From positions 674,634-738,633 of the forward strand of contig JAQTZF010000001.1 of the NCBI GenBank assembly GCA_028687915.1: a stretch of DNA of 64,000 bases, in the 5' to 3' direction. A program made the position numbers and the translations under genes. Below are positions 10,012-20,478 of the stretch, piece by piece. The notes beneath the pieces were generated by a model that saw only the letters and a list, made by a program, of their open reading frames with translations, was not told where the DNA came from and ran no database searches. The number at the start of each line of letters is the position of its first letter. Within the stretch, counting starts at the first letter, position 1. This DNA comes from Candidatus Daviesbacteria bacterium (GTDB lineage Bacteria; Patescibacteriota; Microgenomatia; Daviesbacterales; UBA10151).

Positions 10012-10311
10012 TTAGGAGTATTTATTTTCAAAAGATTTGTCAGACATCAGAAGATAAATAATGCCTTCAAAAAAACCTATAAATCCTGGAATAAATGTCC
10101 AAAAGAATAGTAAATAGATAATTCCTTGCACAGGTTTTCCTAAATAGAATTTATGAATGCCAAAATCACCAAGAAAAATAGCAAGTAATGCAGCTGCTAT
10201 TCTACTTTTACTAGTCTTTGACTCTAAAACAGGCGAATATTTACTCTTAACTTGAGCCCTGTATTTCTCTTCTTCCTCAATTTTCTTTTTCTCTTTATCT
10301 GTTAGTGTCAT
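10012..10311 (-). CDS. TM2/NINE-domain membrane protein
   Basis: KSRIAAALLAIFLGDFGIHKFYLG. Confidence 0.9.
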   Translation of the reverse strand: MTLTDKEKKKIEEEEKYRAQVKSKYSPVLESKTSKSRIAAALLAIFLGDFGIHKFYLGKPVQGIIYLLFFWTFIPGFIGFFEGIIYLLMSDKSFENKYS

Positions 10312-10349
10312 AGCTTGCTGAATAATATCAAATAATTTTTACTTTAGCA

Positions 10350-10967
10350 TCAAGGATTTCCGTTACCTAAAAATGTTCTTGGATTAACAGGTATTCCATA
10401 GGCTCTAGCTTCAAAATGTAAGTGTGGGCCTGTTGACCAACCTGTTGAACCCATCCTTCCTATAACCTGTTTAGTAGAAGTTATTTCCTGTCCTTTGACT
10501 ACAAATATTTTATCAAGATGAGCATATACAGAGGTAATATTGTTACCGTGGTCAATTATTATGTGCTTGCCATATCCCCATGATATTTCACCAGCATATA
10601 TAACTTTTCCAGGTAAAAATGGGTTAATGGGGTCACCAATTTGACCATTGGCATTAGCTATATCAATACCAGTATGAAAAATCTGAAAACCACTACTTTG
10701 TCCAAATTCTAAAGTAATGACTCCAAATGTAGGCCAACTAACAGAGACCTCAAGAGGGATAGCTTCACCAGTAACAGGGTCATGTATTTCAACATTTTGA
10801 GTTTGCTCGTTAACTGAAACCAGTTTATCCGAAATAATATCAAGTCCAATTTGGGTTAATAAAATTATGGCAATTATTGGTATTAAGATGGCTATACCAA
10901 AAGCTACTAAAACAAATTTGAGTTCTCTTTTAAAAGAAAATATAAGAAATGCAAATTTTGGGTTCAT
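10350..10967 (-). CDS. M23 family peptidoglycan peptidase (conjugation cell-wall hydrolase)
   Basis: HTGIDIA, YAHL, STGPHLHFE; N-terminal TM; last gene of the T4SS operon. Confidence 0.9.
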   Translation of the reverse strand: MNPKFAFLIFSFKRELKFVLVAFGIAILIPIIAIILLTQIGLDIISDKLVSVNEQTQNVEIHDPVTGEAIPLEVSVSWPTFGVITLEFGQSSGFQIFHTGIDIANANGQIGDPINPFLPGKVIYAGEISWGYGKHIIIDHGNNITSVYAHLDKIFVVKGQEITSTKQVIGRMGSTGWSTGPHLHFEARAYGIPVNPRTFLGNGNP

Positions 10968-10971
10968 TCAT

Positions 10972-12810
10972 TTAATTAAGCACTATTTTTTCAGCTGGAT
11001 TTGTAGTTATTAGTGGATGTTCGGATTCTGAAGCTACAACTTTTAGGGCTACATGATTTTGATCAGCAATAATTAAAGCTTCTCCTCTATCACAAGACAG
11101 TAAAAACTTCTGTTCATATTCACTCAAATTAAATTCTTCAGCAACCTTTTTAATAGTAGTTGTATCCTGCCTCATTAAAACTCTTAAAGAAGACTGTGAA
11201 GCTATTGCTTTACCATATTCATTAGACAGGAAATCATTAGCCTGTTGGGATATAACAGACACCCCTAAGTAGTATTTTCTGGCTCTTCTTGCTAACCCTG
11301 CTATAAAATTAGCTGTTTCTTCATGTTTTAGAAGCATCCAACCCTCATCTATAACCAGCATTCTTTTTACAGGATCTTTTTTGACTTGATTAAAGACAAA
11401 GGAGGCTACAACAAACATCATTATTTGTCTTAATGATTCAGAAAGATCCTTAATATCAAAGACCACCAATCTGTTATTTAATTCAATGTTGGTCTGTTCA
11501 TCAAATACACCAGACAATGACCCTTTAATGTACTTTGTAAGCCTTGTACATAGCTTTTTCTGACCTAATAGTCTTAAAGTACTATATAAATCCTTTAGCA
11601 TGGGATATGTCCTTATTTTCTTTGGTCTTCCTCTTTTAACCTTCTTTTTTCTGCCTTTTTTATGAATATCTTCATTAACCTGTTCTTCCTTCATAGAATG
11701 ATGGAATTGCTTATATGTTTGGATAATAGCTTTATCTACAACCGCCTTTTCTTCTGGTGTTAACCCGTCTGCCAAAAGAGAAACAAGTTCTGTTAAATCC
11801 TGAATATGTTCAGGTAGACCATTTCCTTCCTCATTATTTGAAGACAATGAAAAATCAAATGGATTTATTTTTTCTTTTGATCTGACAGACAATTTTATAT
11901 ATGTTCCACCAACTGATTCAGCTAGTCTTTTATATTCTCTTTCAGGATCAATTACTATAACCTTTGTTCCCTGCATTAAGTGTCTTAATATCTCTACTTT
12001 GGCTATATAACTCTTTCCAGATCCTGACTGTGCAAATGTAATGCTATTTGAATTATTTAATGAAAATCTATCAATCATTACCAATGAATTATTGGATTTA
12101 TTTACTCCATAAAGTATTCCTGATTCCTGCACTAGTTCTGATGAGGTAAAAGGAAAAGTCAATGCGGTTGAAGAAGAATCAAGGTTTCTTTTCTGGTTTA
12201 GTTGATTTTCTGCTCTTGGAAGCACTGATTGTAAACCTTCAAGTTGTTGGAAAGTTGCAGTTTTAGAGTAAAAAAGTCTTGTTGAAAGTACAGTTTCAAG
12301 TAAAGTGGTAATTTTATTGAGCTCAATTAAAGAATCAGCAGTAATAGTTATATAAATAGATATTTGGAAAAGCTTTTCTTGACCTCTTTGAATCTTATTT
12401 TTAAGCTCAATTGCAGAATCTAAAGGATCTAAGATTTCAGAGCCAATTATTTTGCCTGATTGCTGCATTGATCGTTTTGTTGATTCAAGCTCTGTAATTT
12501 TTCTGTTTAACTTAGGTAAAGCAAGTATTGGGTCAATGTGTTCTATATGATAGGAAATATCAACGTTATGGTTGAAGTTAATTAACATGGAAAGCCATCC
12601 AGTTGAAGCTGTATATGGGTAGCCGGATACAAAAAGTGTTCTAACAACTTTATTACCCAAAACTAGGTAACTAGACTGTTCTTCTAAGCCAGAATAAGAA
12701 ATAAGGTCAACTTGGTCCTGCCCTCCTACATTAAACTTTACAGCTTGTTGTTTAGCCTTATTTCTTTCCTGAATATCTTTGAGAAAATTAAATTGCATAT
12801 GACCCTTCAA
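10972..12810 (-). CDS. VirB4-like conjugal transfer ATPase
   Basis: AQSGSGKS, VIDPEREY, IDEGW, RRARKY. Confidence 0.92.
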   Translation of the reverse strand: MKGHMQFNFLKDIQERNKAKQQAVKFNVGGQDQVDLISYSGLEEQSSYLVLGNKVVRTLFVSGYPYTASTGWLSMLINFNHNVDISYHIEHIDPILALPKLNRKITELESTKRSMQQSGKIIGSEILDPLDSAIELKNKIQRGQEKLFQISIYITITADSLIELNKITTLLETVLSTRLFYSKTATFQQLEGLQSVLPRAENQLNQKRNLDSSSTALTFPFTSSELVQESGILYGVNKSNNSLVMIDRFSLNNSNSITFAQSGSGKSYIAKVEILRHLMQGTKVIVIDPEREYKRLAESVGGTYIKLSVRSKEKINPFDFSLSSNNEEGNGLPEHIQDLTELVSLLADGLTPEEKAVVDKAIIQTYKQFHHSMKEEQVNEDIHKKGRKKKVKRGRPKKIRTYPMLKDLYSTLRLLGQKKLCTRLTKYIKGSLSGVFDEQTNIELNNRLVVFDIKDLSESLRQIMMFVVASFVFNQVKKDPVKRMLVIDEGWMLLKHEETANFIAGLARRARKYYLGVSVISQQANDFLSNEYGKAIASQSSLRVLMRQDTTTIKKVAEEFNLSEYEQKFLLSCDRGEALIIADQNHVALKVVASESEHPLITTNPAEKIVLN

Positions 12811-13408
12811 ATATTGGTTTTAAAGATTCTGCTCTAAGAGGTTGCGATTTTATCTGATCAGAATTGTAAAAAGTATAAAAAAGTTCAAGTATTTCAAGAG
12901 AATCTAAAATTCTTGTTTTCATGCCTAATTTCTCTAAACCTTTAATGACTATATCTTGATTTAGGCTTAACTGTTCTTTAATCAGAGCAAAATCATGCTT
13001 GTTGTCGGGTACATCATAAGGAATAACCACATAAAATCTTCTGGATAATATTTTGCTTCCTGATACCAGATCAGATATAAATGAGCAGTAGTTTTGAATC
13101 TGGTTCTTATAAACACTCTCTTCTTCCTTGCTTTCTTTTTTACTAAATTCCTCCAGATACCTATCAATATCCACCTCTCTTACCCTGATTAGAATCTGAA
13201 GTGAGCAAGGAAGCGAATTTAAAAAGTTTTGAAAATTATCAATGATTGCATCCTGTTCATCTTCACTTTTAAGCTCAAAATTAATCGCTGAGGTTTCAAT
13301 AATACTTCGGTACTTATTACCAGGAAGTATTAGGATATTGTCCTTAACTTCTTTAATTCTTATTTGCCTTCTTGATGAGACTTTACTTTTTGACTTGCCA
13401 AACAGCAT
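12788..13408 (-). CDS. Conjugal transfer protein (VirB4 N-terminal/TraE-like accessory)
   Basis: INFELKSEDEQDAII..FQNFLNSL...RRFYVVIPY; overlaps PrgI and VirB4 genes. Confidence 0.7.
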   Translation of the reverse strand: MLFGKSKSKVSSRRQIRIKEVKDNILILPGNKYRSIIETSAINFELKSEDEQDAIIDNFQNFLNSLPCSLQILIRVREVDIDRYLEEFSKKESKEEESVYKNQIQNYCSFISDLVSGSKILSRRFYVVIPYDVPDNKHDFALIKEQLSLNQDIVIKGLEKLGMKTRILDSLEILELFYTFYNSDQIKSQPLRAESLKPIFEGSYAI

Positions 13409-13883
13409 TTAAGCCCTCCTTATCAAATTTAAAGGATAATTTTGCCCTTGAGATACCTAAAATCCGTTCAACACTTTCCGGATCGAAGATTGGGACACTT
13501 TCTTCATTTTTAGCTTCTTTAGCCCTTAGAGCTTTTTTTGTTTCCATAGTCGCAACCGAGTCTAAAACAATATCTCTCAGATATAGATCATTCTTATTAG
13601 ATATATAAAAGCTAGGTCTAAAATAATATCCAGCCAAGATAAACAGCCAGCTTAATACAATTCTTCCCTTAATACGCAATGCCAAGGTGCAACAGACTAT
13701 AAACTCTAATGCAATCAATGGTAGTTTATATAATGTGAAGTGAAGCCTCTCAGGTAAAACTGAATAGATAAAAACTGCTATAAAAAGTGAAGCTAAAAGC
13801 AGTAGTATTTGCGCTAAATTAAAATTACCTGCAATCTTATCCTCAACTGTGGTTATTTGTGCTGGTATTATTGTTGTTCTCAT
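13383..13883 (-). CDS. PrgI family (VirB3-like) protein
   Basis: IPAQITTVEDKIAGNFNLAQ followed by two TM helices. Confidence 0.8.
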   Translation of the reverse strand: MRTTIIPAQITTVEDKIAGNFNLAQILLLLASLFIAVFIYSVLPERLHFTLYKLPLIALEFIVCCTLALRIKGRIVLSWLFILAGYYFRPSFYISNKNDLYLRDIVLDSVATMETKKALRAKEAKNEESVPIFDPESVERILGISRAKLSFKFDKEGLNAVWQVKK

Positions 13884-15172
13884 GCTGCTACTGTTCTCCT
13901 TGATGTAATTTTCGGTCCTCTAAGCTTTTCTACCATTGAAGCTTCCTTTGATGATGTTGATATAACATTCATTATTTGTCCTCCGATTTTTCTGACCATA
14001 CCTCTACCTGTGTTATAGAAAACTAGCTGCATCATGACAGAAGGTGTTTTAAGAAGAGTAGTTAGCAGTCCTATACCCACAAGGATAGATATTAACGAAT
14101 TAGTTCCTGCTTGACTGGAAATACTTAAAAATGAGGCTGCAAGTTGGATGATAACTACATGAACAAAAACAGTATAAACAGCAGTTATATAGGTTTTAAC
14201 TGAAACTTCAGCAAAATCAGCAAATTTAGGGATTGCCCATAAAAGAAAAATTAGGGGGGACATTACAGCTCCTAAGGCAATTGTAATCAGTCTTGTGACA
14301 TAGAACAAAAGAAGTACTATAGCTACGATTATAAAAATAATCATGAAAATAAATGTTATGAGCGGTGTGGTGTTTGTAACAATGGAAGTGGGCGCAAAAG
14401 CATTTTGGATCCAAGCACTATTTAATCCGCCTGTGGCATGGAGAACAGCAGTTATAATGGTATTACAGGATAAAACAATCCAGTCACAAAGAAATATGGA
14501 CATATTAGCCCCTAAAAAAGCTAAGCCTATTCTTGGTAATAAATGTTTAAGCTCAATTTCTTCAAATCCAAATGTAGAAGCTGACATAAAGTGAAATCCC
14601 ATAAGAGCTATAACTAAAACGAATAAAGAATCAGTAATTCCAACCATCACCAGCCAAAAGTTAAAGATTACAGAATTTGTCAGTATAGATGGAGTATTAG
14701 TTAGGAATGTAACAATCCCATCAGTTAGTGGTTTGGTAGCTGATTGGACAATGTTTTGTAAGAATCCTGCGATTGCATCTAAAAGTACCTGTGTTAAACC
14801 ATCAGATGGTTGAACAGGCTGGATTGGAGAAAGGTCAAGTTGTGCAGATGATGTTGCCTGTGATGGTGTATCAAAAGCATTTTGAAGTAAAGACGAAAAA
14901 ACAGCAGCAGCAATTATAATAATAAGACCTATCAAAGCATTTCTAACAGTTAATTTCGCATGTTCCAATGCATCTGGTTTACCGGTAGAGGTCATATACA
15001 TATAACCTCCTCTTACCAAGAAAAATGTAGCAGCTGCTGTTGCAAATATTAACAACGTGCTTAGAGTTTGATTAGTGAATGTAGTAATTTCTGAATTTGT
15101 TGTTGCAGCAAAAACTAAGGAGGGGTTTAAAAGTAAACAAATTACTGCCAAGAAACCTGTAAATAACTTCAT
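13880..15172 (-). CDS. VirB6/TrbL-like polytopic protein with N-terminal pilin-like domain
   Basis: Multiple TM helices with RLITIALGAVMSPL; N-terminus paralogous to the adjacent pilin. Confidence 0.75.
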   Translation of the reverse strand: MKLFTGFLAVICLLLNPSLVFAATTNSEITTFTNQTLSTLLIFATAAATFFLVRGGYMYMTSTGKPDALEHAKLTVRNALIGLIIIIAAAVFSSLLQNAFDTPSQATSSAQLDLSPIQPVQPSDGLTQVLLDAIAGFLQNIVQSATKPLTDGIVTFLTNTPSILTNSVIFNFWLVMVGITDSLFVLVIALMGFHFMSASTFGFEEIELKHLLPRIGLAFLGANMSIFLCDWIVLSCNTIITAVLHATGGLNSAWIQNAFAPTSIVTNTTPLITFIFMIIFIIVAIVLLLFYVTRLITIALGAVMSPLIFLLWAIPKFADFAEVSVKTYITAVYTVFVHVVIIQLAASFLSISSQAGTNSLISILVGIGLLTTLLKTPSVMMQLVFYNTGRGMVRKIGGQIMNVISTSSKEASMVEKLRGPKITSRRTVAA

Positions 15173-15193
15173 AGTTAAGCCTGGACAGGTTTA

Positions 15194-15523
15194 TTAGATT
15201 GTGCCAAATGCAGAAGTGGCAACCTGAGTAATAATATTAGAAAGAACGTATGCTCCTAAAACTATTGCTAGGCCAATTGCAGAATACATGACAGTTTTCT
15301 TTGCTCCATCTAGTGCTTCAGGATTTCCGGATGATGTCATATATCTAAAACCTCCCCAAACTAGAAATGCAGTAGCAACTAAGCCTGCTAAAGTCACAAA
15401 AATCTGAATAATGTTTTGAATGAAACTTTGAATTTTAGAAACATCAGCAGAAGCTGCAAACACAGGAGAGGTAACTATCAAAGCGGTTAATAATAATGAA
15501 GATGTATAAATTATTTTTTTCAT
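15194..15523 (-). CDS. VirB2/TrbC-like pilin
   Basis: Signal peptide ending VFA; GGFRYMTSSGNPEALDGAKKT between two TM helices. Confidence 0.85.
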   Translation of the reverse strand: MKKIIYTSSLLLTALIVTSPVFAASADVSKIQSFIQNIIQIFVTLAGLVATAFLVWGGFRYMTSSGNPEALDGAKKTVMYSAIGLAIVLGAYVLSNIITQVATSAFGTI

Positions 15524-15804
15524 ACCTCACCAACTTTCAACTTTGGGCAGAGGCAGAAAAAACAAGAACTTAACGTTATGCGTTTTATAACACAAGATAT
15601 TGTGTCATGCAAGTCCCAGAAAATTAGATAATATTATGCATTCTCTGTTAAAATACTATATGACTATATTAGTAATGATTATAATAAAGCATCTCATTTA
15701 TGGAGAAGCTGAAAAAACATTTTTGCACAAACAATTAGATAACTTATAAAGTAATACAACTAATTTAGACATTTTCTTTCACTATATTTAGTATAATCAA
15801 CAAA

Positions 15805-16944
15805 ATGAAAATACTAACGAACATCCAGACTTCACATTTGGCAGGTATCTCTCAAACCTTTTCCTCTTTTTTGGAGTCTGCAGAAAAGGAACACAAGAGG
15901 CGCTTTGATATTACCGGAGTTGAGATCATAGCCAATTCTAAATTAGATAAGCCTAAAAGAAGAGAAAAAAAGAAAGGAAAGTTCACTTTAATCTCTCTTG
16001 AGAGTAACTTTCCCAACATAAGTGAAGCAAGCCGGAACTCAAAAAACATTCAAGAAATAGAGAATACTTACGTTAACTTAATTAATATTTATCAAGAGAT
16101 TATTAAAAAGGAAAGGCCTGATGTAATTTTATTGAATGGCACTTATTTAATACCTTGGTGTCTATTTAAGGCAAGCCAAGGATTTAATACCCCGACAGTG
16201 CTTCATTATCATGGGATTTTAAGTAAGGAGGTGGCTCATTGGGAAGAAAAACAGCGGTTACTATTGGGCCAAATGGAAAAAAGTTTTGACCAAAAAGGTT
16301 TATATTATCTTTTTCCATCAAATTTAGCCAAGGAGGTGGTAGAGAATGAGATCTACGGTCATAAGATTGTTAACTTTTCAGTTTTACCTAACCCAGTTCC
16401 AAAACACTTTTTTCAAATTAATAAAAAAGGTAGTAGCAAAAATATTGGCATAGTTAGCAGATGGGCAATGGTTAAAAACCCTTCATTTATTAAAAGAATT
16501 GTTACTTACAATCAAAAACATAGTAATCAATTTTTACTAAATATCGTTACTGATCTCAAAAAAGATAGCAAAGTTTATAAAGGAATTTCTGAGTCTGTTC
16601 ATTTTCAGGAGCCAATGAATAATCAAAGACTTGCTGATTTTTATGGAAAAATGGGGATTATTATTAGCCCTTCAGTTTTTGAAACATACGGAAATGTTGC
16701 CCAAGAAGCCTTAGCCGCCAACACTCCAGCTCTTGTGAGTTCGAATATGGGAGTTTCAGAAACATATAGAAAACTAGGATTGCAAGATTGGATAGTTGAT
16801 TTTAACTCAGTAAAAAACGTTTACGACAAGGCAAAGGAAATTAGTAAGCAGGGCGTTAATCCAATGGTTAGAAAAATGATCTTTGATGAATATTCCCCAG
16901 AAAAGATACACGGTCAGTTACTAAATATTTTGAGTTCTGTTTAA
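15805..16944 (+). CDS. GT4 (GT-B) glycosyltransferase
   Basis: PSVFETYGNVAQEALAANTP motif; leaderless start after TATAAT. Confidence 0.85.
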   Translation: MKILTNIQTSHLAGISQTFSSFLESAEKEHKRRFDITGVEIIANSKLDKPKRREKKKGKFTLISLESNFPNISEASRNSKNIQEIENTYVNLINIYQEIIKKERPDVILLNGTYLIPWCLFKASQGFNTPTVLHYHGILSKEVAHWEEKQRLLLGQMEKSFDQKGLYYLFPSNLAKEVVENEIYGHKIVNFSVLPNPVPKHFFQINKKGSSKNIGIVSRWAMVKNPSFIKRIVTYNQKHSNQFLLNIVTDLKKDSKVYKGISESVHFQEPMNNQRLADFYGKMGIIISPSVFETYGNVAQEALAANTPALVSSNMGVSETYRKLGLQDWIVDFNSVKNVYDKAKEISKQGVNPMVRKMIFDEYSPEKIHGQLLNILSSV

Positions 16945-16973
16945 GCAACCTCTTGTGCATGTATAATGAGAAG

Positions 16974-17306
16974 GTGAATATTGGTTTTCATCACCTCCTC
17001 AACAAATATAAATATCAAGGAAAAGATTTAGTAATCAAAAACGCTTTATTTACAAGCTTTATAAATAAAGGGGTATATTGTGTAAGCTTTTTAGGTATTC
17101 TTATAGTTCTACCTCAAACACTAAACATTTGGGTCGGTAAAAATACAAGCGGAGTTTCATTGATTACTTGGAGTGGTTTTTTAGTTGGGTCACTATTTTG
17201 GTTGTTTTATGGAATAATTCATAAAGAAAAACCCATTATCTTTACTAATTTGGCAGGAATTTTGATGAATTTATCAATAATTTTTGGGTTAATTCTGATA
17301 AAGTAA
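16974..17306 (+). CDS. SemiSWEET/PQ-loop family small transporter
   Basis: LPQTLNIW...GVSLITW...WLFYGI; GTG start after TATAAT. Confidence 0.8.
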   Translation: MNIGFHHLLNKYKYQGKDLVIKNALFTSFINKGVYCVSFLGILIVLPQTLNIWVGKNTSGVSLITWSGFLVGSLFWLFYGIIHKEKPIIFTNLAGILMNLSIIFGLILIK

Positions 17307-19985
17307 TTTCTTACTGCTCATTGTATGTCTATAAATAAATTTCCTGATTTCCTCAACTACTATTATAGAGGCAGCAATTGGGAATATTAATAACCAATCA
17401 GATAAATCAAGGGCTGTAGTGTGTAATATTTGCTGCATTAAAGGATTATAGACAGCCAAAAGCTGTAAGATAATAATAGTTAAAGTTGAGCCTAATAAAA
17501 ATTTATTTGAAAAAGGATTTAGCTGAAAAATAGATCTAGTTTCATTTCTGCAATTCCAAGCATTAAACCACTGAAAAGCTGCCAAAACAGTTAGGGAAAT
17601 TGTCCATGCTTTCACCATATCAGTTTGATAGTATCTGCTAAAAAGAAAGAGTGTCCCCAACATCATTGGTACAGCCATTAAAAACATCCTTAATATACTC
17701 AATTTATCTAAAAGATACTTTTTAGGATGTTCAAAGTTACTTTTAAGCAAACCTTCTTCTTTTGGTTCCATGGCTAAAGATACATCAAGAAAGCCATCAG
17801 TCACAAAGTTTAGCCACAAAATTTGGGCTGCTAAAATTGGTAAAGGAAAACCTAGAAGTAATGCTCCAATAATAGTAAACACCTCTCCAAAACTGGTTGA
17901 AAATAAATACAGAATAACTTTTTTAATAGTTTTATAAATACTTCTGCCTTCCTCTATCGCTGCAATAATGCTGGCAAAGTTATCATCAAGAAGTATTATA
18001 TCTGAGGCTTCTTTAGCTACTTCTGTCCCAATCTTACCCATAGATACACCCAAATCTGCTGCTACCAGTGATGGGGCATCATTTACCCCATCTCCTGTCA
18101 TAGCAATAATCAGTCCTTTTCTTTTATAAGCTTGAACAATCTTTAGTTTATGATCTGGGGTAACTCTGGCAAAAACAGTTACTCCATCTAACATATCAGC
18201 AAACTCATTCTCGGATAGCGAGTCTATATCTTCTCCAGTTAGGATGGTGTCTCCGTCATGGTAAATGCCTGCTTCTTTGGCTATAGCTTCTGCTGTGATT
18301 TTATGATCTCCTGTTATCATTACGACTTTTATACCTGCTGACATAGCTTGCTTCATAGCTTCATGGACTTCAGGACGCAAAGTATCTTTTAATCCAAAGA
18401 ACCCAACAAAGGTAAGCTCCTCAACGTCTTTAGGTTTAATATCATCACCAACATTATCTTTCAAAGCAAAAGCTAGAACTCTTAGCCCTTCCTGAGACAT
18501 TTTGACCAATACAGATTCAAGCTCTTTTTTCTTTTCTTGGGATAATGTCTGACTCTTGCTCTCATGCCATATTTTAGTAGTTAATTCTAAAATCTCCTCG
18601 GGTGCACCAAGAACAGTTAAACTCATCTTTCCATTAATCTTGTTTGAAACAGCATGATATTTATTTTTATAATCAAATGGTATTTCAGAAAGTCTGGGTG
18701 ATTCTTTTTCTAAAATTTCCTTATTGAACCCCACTTTTTGAGCAAAGACTGACAATGATGATTCTGTTGGATCACCAGTAGCCTGCCAGGTTTTTGATTC
18801 ATCATCGAGGGTAACACCATTATTAGTAACAAAAGCTGCTAATTTTCCTGCCAGAAGTAATTCCGGATGATTAAGAGGATCAATTTTATTATTATTTAAA
18901 ATTACTGCTCCCTCTGGTCTGTAACCTTCACCCTCTATATTAAATATTTTTCCATTAACATAGACCTCCTGCAAAAGAATTTCGTTTTTGGTAAGAGTAC
19001 CTGTTTTATCTACAGCAATAATTCTAGCCTGACCTAATGCTTCAACTGCCTGAAGTTTTTTAACTAAAGCATTGCGTTTGCTCATTCTCCAAACTCCTGT
19101 AGCCAATACTAAAGTCATCACAATAGGTAACCCTTCCGGGATAATAGAAACAGACAATGACACAACAGTTGTAAACATTTCCTTTGCTGAATGACCCAAG
19201 AAAATTCCCAAGATAAATATTGAAGTGCTAATTACCCCAACAGTGATAATAATTAGTCTGGTAAGATAACGGATATTGGCTTTAAGAGGAATTTCTGAAT
19301 GAATAACGGCAATCTCTTTTGAGATCTTCCCTAAAACTGAATCTAACCCTGTGGCAACAACAACCGCTTTGCCATTACCAGCTAAGACGTTAGTTCCCTT
19401 AAAAACCATATTTTTTTGATCAGCTGTTGATAAATTTGGAGCAGACAGTACCTCTTCAAACTTATGAACTGGTTGCGATTCGCCAGTCATAGCAGCTTCA
19501 TTAACTGTTAAATTATTAGAAATAATTATTCTAGCATCTGCTGGTACCTTGTCTCCTTCTTGTAAGATAACTATATCCCCAGGTACAACCTCATAATCAG
19601 GAATAACCAGCTCTTTGCCATCACGCAGAACTTTAGTGTTAGTTTCTGCAAATTTTTTTAAAGCGAGTAGAGTATTTTGAGCCTTACCCTCCTGAATTGT
19701 TCCGACAATAGCATTAAAGGTAAGGACAAAGAGAATAATTAAACCATCAATAAACTCCCTCATAAAAAACACAATTAAACTGGCAATAAGTAAGATATAA
19801 ATAAGAGGACTCTGGAACTGATGAAGGAAAATAACTGCTAAACTATCTAATTTAGCTTCTGGAAGTTTATTATGACCATATTTTGCAAGACGATTTTTAA
19901 CTTCTTCTTGGGTTAAGCCATTCTCGTTTGATTGAAGTATTTCCAGGACCTCGGGAGCCTTTTTTACATACCATATATTGTCCAT
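17289..19985 (-). CDS. P-type IIA (Ca2+-type) cation-transporting ATPase
   Basis: TGES, IPEGLP, DKTGTLT, TGDGVNDAP. Confidence 0.95.
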   Translation of the reverse strand: MDNIWYVKKAPEVLEILQSNENGLTQEEVKNRLAKYGHNKLPEAKLDSLAVIFLHQFQSPLIYILLIASLIVFFMREFIDGLIILFVLTFNAIVGTIQEGKAQNTLLALKKFAETNTKVLRDGKELVIPDYEVVPGDIVILQEGDKVPADARIIISNNLTVNEAAMTGESQPVHKFEEVLSAPNLSTADQKNMVFKGTNVLAGNGKAVVVATGLDSVLGKISKEIAVIHSEIPLKANIRYLTRLIIITVGVISTSIFILGIFLGHSAKEMFTTVVSLSVSIIPEGLPIVMTLVLATGVWRMSKRNALVKKLQAVEALGQARIIAVDKTGTLTKNEILLQEVYVNGKIFNIEGEGYRPEGAVILNNNKIDPLNHPELLLAGKLAAFVTNNGVTLDDESKTWQATGDPTESSLSVFAQKVGFNKEILEKESPRLSEIPFDYKNKYHAVSNKINGKMSLTVLGAPEEILELTTKIWHESKSQTLSQEKKKELESVLVKMSQEGLRVLAFALKDNVGDDIKPKDVEELTFVGFFGLKDTLRPEVHEAMKQAMSAGIKVVMITGDHKITAEAIAKEAGIYHDGDTILTGEDIDSLSENEFADMLDGVTVFARVTPDHKLKIVQAYKRKGLIIAMTGDGVNDAPSLVAADLGVSMGKIGTEVAKEASDIILLDDNFASIIAAIEEGRSIYKTIKKVILYLFSTSFGEVFTIIGALLLGFPLPILAAQILWLNFVTDGFLDVSLAMEPKEEGLLKSNFEHPKKYLLDKLSILRMFLMAVPMMLGTLFLFSRYYQTDMVKAWTISLTVLAAFQWFNAWNCRNETRSIFQLNPFSNKFLLGSTLTIIILQLLAVYNPLMQQILHTTALDLSDWLLIFPIAASIIVVEEIRKFIYRHTMSSKKLLYQN

Positions 19986-20004
19986 TAACAAAGTATACCA
20001 GAGA

Positions 20005-20403
20005 TTATGGAGAAGGTAGTTTGCGACCTCTTTTAATTAATTCCTTCTCACATTTTTCATGAAATTCTTTAAATTCATTGTGAAGCTGTTCTAATTCATC
20101 TCCAGGCAGTTCTTCTATGTCCACCATGGCATTTCTGGCGTTTTTTGAGGACTTAATCAGTTCATCAAGTTTTATATGAATTGCTCTGGCATCCCTGTTT
20201 TGAGCATTTTGAATTAAAAATACCATTAAGAAAGTTATAATAGCTGTTACTGTTTGAATAAAAATCTGCCAGCTATCAGACATCCCATTAAATGATCCAA
20301 TAATAAACCATAATATCACCCCCAAAAGTGCTGCTAAGAAAGCCGACGAAGATCCCATTAATGTAGAAATTACAACCGCAGTTTTATGAAACAATTCATT
20401 CAT
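20005..20403 (-). CDS. Low-affinity iron permease (Fet4-like) family protein
   Basis: TFLMVFLIQNAQNRDARAIHIKLDELI. Confidence 0.88.
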   Translation of the reverse strand: MNELFHKTAVVISTLMGSSSAFLAALLGVILWFIIGSFNGMSDSWQIFIQTVTAIITFLMVFLIQNAQNRDARAIHIKLDELIKSSKNARNAMVDIEELPGDELEQLHNEFKEFHEKCEKELIKRGRKLPSP

Positions 20404-20478
20404 TCTAATAGTTTTATGATCCTTGAAATGATAACACCTTGTCAAGTAAATACATTTTATTAAAAATTTATTGTAGTT

